A stretch of DNA of 57,955 nt, the filler included, from Basidioascus undulatus (Eukaryota), in assembly GCA_000826855.1 (NCBI GenBank). It is 4 parts of 4 records of this genome, joined end to end, with 100 filler letters (N's around TTAATTAATTAA, not from the genome) between each part and the next. Parts side by side here need not be neighbours in the genome. Positions count along the whole stretch, not along the records: positions 43,546 to 57,955 come from JTLS01000735.1; 3 more parts are not named here. One strand, given 5' to 3'. The position numbers were made by a program, and so were the translations under genes. This document shows positions 48,902-57,955 of this stretch, in pieces (the stretch's first letter is position 1; every line of letters begins with the position of its first letter). Below the pieces are notes generated by a model, which was not told the DNA's origin, did not search any database, and was given only the letters and a program-made list of their open reading frames with translations.

Positions 48902-50510
48902 TCACTCGTAGGTCCACTGTCCATCCCCATCCGCACATCGTCAGTCCCGGGCTCCTCAAGCTGTAAGGCAAAGAACAGACGCACGTCGTCGAACCCGAGG
49001 TCGAAAGGGCGCCAGTCGGGCTTGATCTGTGTGCGGAGCGAAGGTATCAGGGGGGCAAGGAGAGTGGAGGAATAATGAAAAGGGTCGAGGGACGGATGGA
49101 AGACGCACAAACCGTTTCGCCTTCCCCGCGGCTGCGAGGCTGTCGAGCTTCTTGACGTCCTCGGGAGCTGATTTAACACCAACAATCAATTTCCGCCTGT
49201 GGAAACAGAACAGGAAAGATTGAGACGGATAACACACTGAGGTCCACCAGCCCAATGTTCTCCTTGATCCTGCTCGGCGTGACACTCTTCGGGAGTACGT
49301 TCACGCCGCGGGCGACCTGGTACGAGATGAGGACGTTTCCGACGGACGCCTTGTGCGCGTCCGCGATGGCGGTGATCTCCGGGTCGGAGAGGAGGGGCGA
49401 GCCGGTCGACCCAAGCGGGGAGTACGCCTGCGGGAGGATGCCTTTGGACTTGCAGTAGGAGACGAGGTCGTGCTGCGGGAGGTAGGGGTGGAGCTCGACT
49501 GTGGGCGGGCGGAGGTGTCAGCGGTGATGCTCAGGTCAAAAAAGTGAAGGAGGAAGAGACGGAGTAACTTGGAATAGTGAAAAGCGAAAAACAGAAAGGA
49601 AAATGAAAGCGAGGGACGACAACACACCCTGGTTGGTAGTCGGCACGACCTTCGCGACCTTCAACACGCGCTCGAGGATCTTGACGCTCGCGTTGGAAAT
49701 GCCGATCGCGCGGACCTTGCCCGTGTCGAGGAGCTTCTCAAAGTCCTTCCACGTCTCTTCGATCGTGCGCGAGTGCAGGATGTCGCGCGACCCGTCAGGG
49801 TGCTTCGGAAACTTGTCGTCGTTGCCGTTCGGGTTCAGGGCGATGGGCCAGTGAATCTGCGGATGCGACCAGGGAAATCTTAACGCCGGAAACTTTTGTA
49901 CTAAAAAAAATGATGAGACGCACGAGGAACAGGTCCAGGTAGTCTGTGCCCAGGTCCGCGAGCGTCTTATCCAGCCCCTCCTCCGGGCGGGTGTGATACT
50001 ACAAACAAACACGGCCAATTCAACTCAGATAGAACGCGCTAAGGGAGCCAGTGTCAACGTACCGTCCCCCACAGCTTGGAGGTGATGAAGATCTCCGAGC
50101 GGGGCACACCAGACTTCTTGATCCCCTCGCCCACCTCCTTCTCATTCCCGTAGCCTACCCCCACGCCGCTCACACATCAGCATCCCTCCGCCCGCGCAGT
50201 ACCAGGACAGCAACAACGCACAATACGCCCCGTCAATGTGGCGGTATCCCGCCTCCTTGATCGCGTACGTAACAGCGTCGGCGACCTACCCCTCCGAGAA
50301 TCGTTAGTCCGAGGATGCGGGTGAGACTGGGGATGAGCGACGCACCTCGCCAGGCTTGGACTGCCACGTCCCCAGACCGACCGAGGGGATCTTAGCGCCC
50401 GTGTTGAGCTCAAAATGCGTCGGGAGCTGGCCATCCGCCGTCCCCGAATCATCAGTCTCCCACCTCATCATCATCGTCCCTCTCCTCCCATCCAGGGTAC
50501 GTACGACCAT
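48902..50510 (-). CDS. Aldo-keto reductase (GCY1/AKR1A-like)
   Basis: [101 protein letters not shown]. The D-Y-K-H tetrad is intact. Confidence 0.95.
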
Positions 50511-52198
50511 GTTTAATTCTATAGAATGTATCTCTGGGAGAGGTATGCAGGATGAGAAGAAGGATGAGGGGAAAAGAGGGAAAGAGGGAAGAGGTGGGCA
50601 GAGAAGACGTCGGTTGAAGGGGGCACGTAGTGTTGGGCAGTCGCGGATCATGCAGTGCGGGCCGGTCCTCCGATTGGGCGGTCCGGGAACGCCGGGGCTG
50701 CAAGTTGGCGAAGATTGCGAGTGCCAACGAGCGCGAGTCGAGCTGATGAGTTCGACCGTACAGAAGGTGTTAATAATTGGGCAGGAAGTTGAAAGTTTCT
50801 TCCTCTTGGAGAAACGGAGTCTACGTGGAGCAAAATGCATGGAAAACACAGGTAAGAGCTAGATGACATGAAAGTCACAGTTGGCTGGCCTGTCGGGAAA
50901 TCGCCACAGATCGTCTGTCCTTTGCCGCAACGGATGAGTGTCAGGGAGCAGTGCTGGAGGTTCTTAACTGGACCGAATTGGAAAAGAAACGGTGAGCAAG
51001 TGAAGACAAGCTCATTGCGTAGCAGCTTGAGCCTTGAACTTGCATCAACGGTAGTCTTTTCAGGACAGCGTACGCCTCGTCAATGGTGAAGGCGGAGAGA
51101 TTGATAGGTCCGTCGAGGGAACCACTGTCAGGTTGTTCAGGTTGTTAGAAACAAACTAAAGTAATGGCACTTTGGAGCTCTTTTTGAATGGTTGTTGTAG
51201 GGGAGTGTGAATGAAAGGTGAGACCGTCCGCCTGTGCCTTTGCAAAGGGCGCTGTGAACGTTTTATGCACTTGACATACATAGAAGATTAGAAGGTAAGC
51301 GCGCCTACACTGGGTCCGACAATTTCCAGACTTGGAAAAAGAATTCCAAACAAAGAAACCACCTGAAGAAGCCGAGGCGGCGCAGCGCGCAGTCCAGCTT
51401 GCTACCACATGAAGGAGCACGCAGTCGAGCTGGATAAATGGTGCAGAAGGATCATTGGGTTTTCAAGAGCTTAAGGAGATGAGGAAGAGTGAGGGCTCGG
51501 TATTCGATTGCAACGAGAAGAGGAAGTTGGCCCAGTGATTAAGCCGACAACGCAGAGAGCACAAATGCGGCGGCGGTCAGAGGACATGAAAAATGAGGCT
51601 TTCTAAGCACGAAACAGGGCTTATATAAAATATGCCTTCTTATAGGCTTGATCCCGATCCTAGAATTTTGCAGCAACAGGCCCATGAACTGCCTGCAAGC
51701 TTCTGCACTGGTGTTCTCAGAGCCCACTTCAATCCTACGTCGTTACACATACCGCCATCTAGCCACAAGCTCTGAATTAACTGAGCAAGATTCCTTGAGA
51801 ATGATAACGTCTGAATGTGTACACAGCCCCGTGTGGGCTCCTCGCGTTGAACACCAACCTGTGTTTTATACAGTGCGCGACCATTGCGACGTTGTCTGTT
51901 GTTTCACGGTGAAAGCCGTAGTTGCATAGTACAGCCGTACAACGACCACAACAGCTTTGTAACTCAATGTCCAAACTCAGAGACTCCTGCGCATACTGAC
52001 GACGGCGTCCTTGAGCCGTGCGAGGCTGTGTTCCTTGTCCCAGCTCCGCTGCCACCCTCACTCCGGCTGCGTTCGCTTCCTTTCACTCGACCACCTTCCT
52101 TTCACTCGGACCACTCACCTCATCTCCTCCTGGCTTGCATATCTCCTTGAAGCGCACTCACCTTGAGTCGTGGTCTACTTTCCATCGATTCACCCGGA

Positions 52199-53775
52199 AT
52201 GATCGAATTTTCATCGCTTCCATTCGACATCCTGACCGAAATCGCGTCCCATCTCGCTTCGCCTCGTCTAAGCAATCACCGCGACCACAAAATGGGCTTA
52301 TCTCTTGCGGCGTTTTCGGCTGTCAGCCGGGATACTCGTGCCGCTGCACTCCTGTTTCTCTTCGACTCGGTCTCGTTCGATGGCGGGGACGGTGAGGTCG
52401 ATGGAAGCTGGATCTGTGGTGCGGGCATCCAGTGCTGGCTCAGCAGCTCCAGTATGCTCCCTCTTTTCCTTGCGCACCTTATAGGGTACAGGTGGACTCA
52501 CAAATGGAGGAAGTTTCAGATCAATCGACATCAGCTTCGGCGACTACGCTGTCGCCCTCGCTGCGGCGTTTGCCAGCTTTCTCCCGCTGACCCGCTCTCT
52601 CCGCCATCTCCTACAGACTTTCGGCCAAACCCCACTTCCACTTTCGCCTGCGATTTCGCTAACGGAGCTTCCCCTCCTTCGGGAGTTGGGCTTCTACTTC
52701 GATTGTTGGGGCTGTTCAGGACCCTGTTCTTGCATCGCGCCTCCGCCGCCGGGTCGCACCTTTCCTTCCCTCGTGTCGCTCTCGTACATCCATTACGACG
52801 AGGGTTGTTGGAAGACGAGGGAGATTATGAGGGAGCTGGGAGCTACGAGGATGGCCAGCTGCGCGAAGTCGCCGAATATGTGCTCGGCTTCGTCGCCGCC
52901 GCCGCGGGCACTCTGGAGTACCTCGAGCTCGACATTGCCAGTGTCCACCGTTCGGGATGGGCACGCGAGTTCGGCGCCGAGTTCTCTCAGCTCCTCCCAG
53001 CTCTCTCCTGTCTCCGCCATTTTGACCCGATGCTCGCCCTCAATCATCGCACTGTGTTCCAGCTCGATCTCGTCCCGAACAGGCCGCCGTCTTCCCCGAA
53101 CTGCTGAAGCTGCAACTCGCTTTGCGAGGACGACACAATGAGCGTGTCCCCGATCCGGCCGCACTGCCTCCACGCTTGCTGCGCGACTGCGAGCATCTGC
53201 ACATCCTTGATCTCGGGAGCCCTGCATCTTCGAAGCGAGCCATGCTAGTTCTGCTGCTACTGCTTAAGGACAAGTCGCTTGCTCTTTTGAAGCTCAAGGC
53301 CGACTGGAGCGTGGCCAAGCTCTTCGATCTTTTGCAGCTTTTCTTGCCCCGGCTGGAGGCTATCAACTTTGCCTTCGAGGGGACTCACAAGGCTATTTTT
53401 GATGTAAGACCTCCTGTGCTCTGATTCAGGAAAGCCACAAACTGACGTACATGCATTTGGCGTTCCTTCTGTGCAGCAATCCGTCCTCGCCATCCTTCTT
53501 TCCTTCCAGCGTCTCCACACGCTCGCCCTCCAGACCTCGGTCTCTGAAAACACAGACCCCTCGACCTTCACTTCAACCGTTCTCTCAACGCGCGGAGAGT
53601 ACGCCCCATAGGCCGACATCATCTACCCGCGCATCGCAGCCGCCGTGGTGATCGCAGGCGCATCGCCAGCGCTTCGCAGCCTGGAGTGGAGGCTGGTTAT
53701 GGGGGGCGAGGGTTTTGGATACGAGGTTGAGACACACAGAAGGGGTCGTACTTCTTCATGGGCCTATGGTGCTGA
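52199..53775 (+). pseudogene. F-box-like/LRR paralog (copy B), apparently frameshifted
   Basis: MIEFSSLPFDILTEIASHL...LAAFSAVSRDTRAAALLFLF (F-box-like). Frame breaks near 53085-53130 relative to copy A (VFAELRKLHL). Confidence 0.65.
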
Positions 53776-54699
53776 TAGACTGGGAGATGACTAGGGAAGA
53801 GGTGCTGAGTCGGCTCACATGCAAAGATGTTTAGGCTGCGGCAATGAGTCGTGGCTGCGTTGCAACGGGCAGCGTGCATGTTGTTGCAGCTAAGACTGAC
53901 TGCACTCATGGTTAAACAACTTGGATGTCGTTTAAATTGCCTTCGTCCATAGAACAACAAGGGCGTGAGCTTGGCTGCGTGACTTGCCGTCCTTCTCTGT
54001 GACATTCGCACTCGACTTTGTGTGGCAGACTCACTTCGTTGGAGAGCTTCACGACCTTCACTGAAACTGAGAAATGGATGGCTGGAAGCTCAGGCTAGCT
54101 GCCAGCGAGTTCGAACACGCGGAGACAGCGTGCTCGTCTCATGTCCGAAGACTCCCAGGAAAGCTTGTGCTTACAGAACCCTTCTCAAGTGTCCAGTACA
54201 ACATCGGGTTCCTGCGGGAGAAGTTCCATGCGCCCTAGAAAGGAAAACTGTCACTGCGCGGTGCAGTGGTGCGTCCTGAGGCCGGGATGGCAGCTGGCAT
54301 TGCTCTGAAAAGGGGAGATGTATCGCCTTGGGGGCTTGTAACCCAGTTTCACAGGCCGGGTTCACGAGCTCCAGATGTAATGATCAGTGACGACCAGTTT
54401 TCAATACACCACGTAGAACGTGGATCGCACCCAGCTTCATGGATGGAGGCCATCCTCAAACATACGCATGAACCGTGAGCGGTTATTCTACAGCCTTGGA
54501 GGTATTTTCTAGACTTCCGAGAATACCAAACTCGAACAAAGATTGGCAGCCTGTTCTGGTCCCCCTAAAATGAAGGCATACGGTCCGAGCTTTTCTCATG
54601 CAGCGACCGCTCACTTTGACCCCGAAGTATGTGCTCCACCTATCAACACGAATGATTCAGACGAAACCTACTACTTACCGTCGAATTCCAGGTGAATAG

Positions 54700-56186
54700 C
54701 AAGCCCACTGGCTGGTACAGGGGTAGTGCCACTACCCCTGTACCACCGCATCATTCCACACCCCAAACGGAGCATGTCTCTCCGCCGGATCATAGTATCC
54801 GCCCTCCAACAGCTCACTATACTTCACGGGAGCTTTGGTCTCCCAGAGATACCCGACCAATCTCTGGCACTGTCGAATGCTCAGGATGCGTTCTTCCAGG
54901 TAGATCACCAGCGGCTGGAGGAGAAAGAAGAGCAGCGTGCCGAGACCGGCACAGCTGCTGGTTATGACGAAGACGTTGGGAGGGGTGAAACTATAAGGGT
55001 CAGGGAAAGATATATGTGGAGAATCGGCCGAAGTTGGCAAGGAACAAGGAAAGACGTACGAGCCCGGACGTAGCGAATGCGCCGAATAATACGGTTCGGA
55101 GTCGGCTCAAGGCAGAGAGCTTGCAAGGCTGTCGAGACGATGAGAGTGAAAGCGTTCAGACAAAACCGGATGATCAGAATTAAACTTTGGTGTGCGGATT
55201 AAACAAGTGAAAGCGGGATCACCTTGCGATGAAGCTGATGCCAAGCCCGTCCCCAAAGCCCCTCGAGCACCACGCCTCCCCCCAACTCCCAAACACCAAA
55301 CTCTCCCGCCTCAGCCCAACAGAAGGTCTAAGTCGCTCGGCGTCAAGCGTGTATCCCGAAGGGACGTTGGAAAGGTCCAAGGACGCGAGGACAGGCTTGA
55401 ATGGAAGTGGATTGACCGAGTTGTGTTCTTTGAACGTGAGCGTGTTAATGCTGCGCGGGAGGCATTCGAGTGACATTGGCGTGGCCGCCTGGTTGCTGCC
55501 GCGGACAGATGACGCTGAGCTCCTAGACGCCCGCCAGGTAACTGAAATCGAACCTGCGAACGTCGATATTGGGCGCAATGAGTGCACTACATTGATCATG
55601 CAAGTCAGTTCGGTCAAACAAAGATTAAGGGTTTGCGAGAGCGGTAGACGCACGCAACCTCCATGAACTTCAGGGCCGGTGCAGCTCTGCGGATGCTCGC
55701 AATGTGGTGCTCATATCCAGACGCTTACCCCTACGGGGTACTCATAGTCCAAGGCCCGCACGCCTGGAGCCTTCGTAAGACGGTGAAGAAGACCTGGAAG
55801 GACGGGTTAGCGAGGGGCACCTTCTCGGCCCAAGAATCACAACAGGACATACCATGTACGAGAGCGTCAAGCGTGGGAAATCAAGCCGGGAAACCAGTCC
55901 CAGCAGGTTCGACAATTTGGTCACAGACGTTACGCAGAACCGGCACCACGCCGGGTGAGACGCCAGCCGCTCCACGTTTCGAGCACCGCGTCCACATTAA
56001 ATGGGCTGCTGAGCGCCAACATGAACGAGTCGAAGAACCTCGCGAAAACAGGTCGTGCAAAGATCGAGCGGTCGTGAGAGGAGCGACAGCGAGGCAAGAT
56101 CGAAGATCGTCGTCTTCTTGATAATCGTCTAAATACGACACGATCTCGGTCCAAATTTCGAGCGGCAGGATATCGAGATAAGGCAT
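54700..56186 (-). CDS. F-box-like/leucine-rich protein
   Basis: MPYLDILPLEIWTEIVSYLDD...DLRSCLAVA, later LECLPRSINTLTF and PVLASLDLSN with GT-AG introns. 3' end not resolved. Confidence 0.55.
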
Positions 56187-57409
56187 GCCAGCCACGATCG
56201 AGAATACTGAAAGAGCGAGCGAGGAGGTAAAGGATGTCACGAGGTGGAAGGTGAGCCAGATAGGGAGATGGAGGAAAAGAAAAAAGGCCGCGGAACCCAA
56301 AACGTCAACGCAGAAGATCTCGCGGTTGGACTGCGGGCAGTAATCGATGGACTCCTGCATCGCCAAAGAAGGCAGAAGCACTAGAACATTCCTTCCGACA
56401 AAGAGAACACACAGCATGCTTTTGGGATTTTGAGGGTATATCCTGCACTGACAGCCAATTCACACCGTCCTGTGAACATCCAGTCCCGCAGGACGCTGCA
56501 CATCTAAACCGCTTACTCGCCGGACATCCGCATGAGCATCTACTTACCTAAGGGACATCAATTTCACAATAATTGTCTAGGTTTTGCTTCAGTATCGTTT
56601 ACGGAAGGGAGGATGCCGAGCTGTGGATCCCGTGAGGGTGGAAGGGTAGGTTCGGGAGTCAATCTTGGGCCAGCAGGTGGCCCAATGAGCTTGAGAACAA
56701 AGGAGTGCTTACTGAGGTTGAAGAGAAATTGCGCGGTGCTACGGAAAGTTGGAAGACGGGATGACAGAAAGACGGGTTCAGGAACACCACACACCATGGC
56801 TCACCGTGCTCCACGTATCATACGCCTAGATAAAATAGCACCTGTAAGATTCGCTTTTGCGGGTAATGGAGCTTTAAGACGCTTTTAAATATTCAAAGAC
56901 GTCCAATGCACTGCGAGTTCCGATTGTACAGCAGACAGTCCGTCATGGCATGTCAATGTGCCCCGCTTGCGGAAGGCTCACCTCAACGCGAGTAAGCCTA
57001 CCTGATAGACGAAAGGAAACAAAATTCCTATAATGTGTCTTTCTTCGCTGAGAGGAGATTCCTGAAAAGACAGGCAAGGTCTCTCTGGATGTACTGGACC
57101 TTTTGCGAGGTGCATTGTTATTCAATCCATTTATGCTCCAGTATAGTAAGCGGGTACATATTGGAGCCAGTCCGGGCGCATGCGAGCGCAAAGGAAAGAA
57201 AGAGATAGCGGGGAGGTGGGGTAGAAAACAGACAAGGAGACCACAAGACACGAAGATGGGAAGAGTCAAACCGGGAGAAACGAGGCGGGGGAGGGGGAGC
57301 GGGGGAGTCTGGTGGGGGTGCGAAGGATGGCATTTGAAAGTTGCATGGCCTCTGCGGCGGCGAGCGTAGCCCTTAGCGGGCTTTTGAATGTATTGAGGGG
57401 CGGCGGGAG

Positions 57410-57955
57410 AGGAGGGGGGGCCGCTGGTGCTGGGGTGGGTCGGAGAGGGGAGGGGCGCGGTGTAGAGTGCTGGGTCGGTCGGGGAGAGGGAGAAGAGGAG
57501 CGTGTTTGGTGGAAGGGGAGGGAGGTGCGAGAGCTGGGTCGTGAATGGGGCGGGGTCAGGGAGTGTCAAGAAGGAGAAGACAATAGGGTGAAGGGCAAGA
57601 GAAAGAAAGCGATAGGAACGCACGTCGTCCGCTACCTTCCGCAATCCCCTCAGATCCACATCCCACTCCACAAGCAACCTCCAGCCCTCCTCCTGCGCCT
57701 CCCGCCCAGCAGCGCGCACCCAAACCTCCACGAGCATTCTTCCGCCCCTCAGCGCCGCCTTGCCCTGCGCCCCGCCAACGAGGAACTCGTCCGCGGGCGC
57801 AAGCCCGGCAAAGGACGGGTTCGGGCTCGGCGCGTGGATGGGTGAGACGTATAGGGGCTGCGGGGGCGGGGCGAAGGAGGGCAGCCGCGGGCGCGGCCGG
57901 CGGGCGGCGGGAGAGGAGGGTATGGGGGAGGTGTGGGTCTTGAGTGATGGGGAGG
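57410..57955 (-). CDS. UVRAG/Vps38-like protein, internal fragment
   Basis: PLYVSPIHAPSPNPSFAGL...MLVEVWVR...WRLLVEWDVDLRGLRKV|LSHLPPLPPNTLLFSLSP resembles the N-terminal region of basidiomycete UVRAG/Vps38 as I recall it. Coding character ends near 57410. Confidence 0.62.

Noticed and set aside
36043..50510. Larger inositol/uronate cluster including the Gfo/Idh/MocA oxidoreductase
   Set aside because: The oxidoreductase is on a different contig from MIOX and the AKR.

Overview
Eukaryotic, intron-rich fungal DNA, most consistent with a basidiomycete (short GT(G/A)(C/A)GT..CT(G/A)AC..YAG introns, high GC3). The window is not one locus. It is four contigs of 14418, 14416, 14411 and 14410 bp (size-sorted) joined by artificial N44-TTAATTAATTAA-N44 linkers, so synteny across linkers means nothing. 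Contig 1: ALKBH7-like dioxygenase (partial), a cysteine-synthase/rhodanese fusion divergent from a DHA2-type MFS transporter, a secreted GH5 exo-beta-1,3-glucanase, a ~150 nt rod-like foldback and a disrupted intronless GNAT of a type I recall from actinobacteria. Contig 2: NOC3 5' part, proteasome beta2 (PUP1) that breaks off into the 3' half of a LON-domain (LONRF-like) gene, a Uds1-domain coiled-coil gene, a secreted K/D/G/H/Y repeat protein built from phase-0 exons, and an F-box-like gene. Contig 3: tandem membrane-protein paralogs, a CpG-depleted relic, a Gfo/Idh/MocA oxidoreductase with an apparent U2-type AT-AC intron, and a LINE RT fragment. Contig 4: inositol oxygenase next to an aldo-keto reductase, flanked by two decaying F-box-like paralogs, another F-box-like gene and a UVRAG/Vps38 fragment. 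All gene models were spliced by eye and family calls rest on motif recall, not searches.
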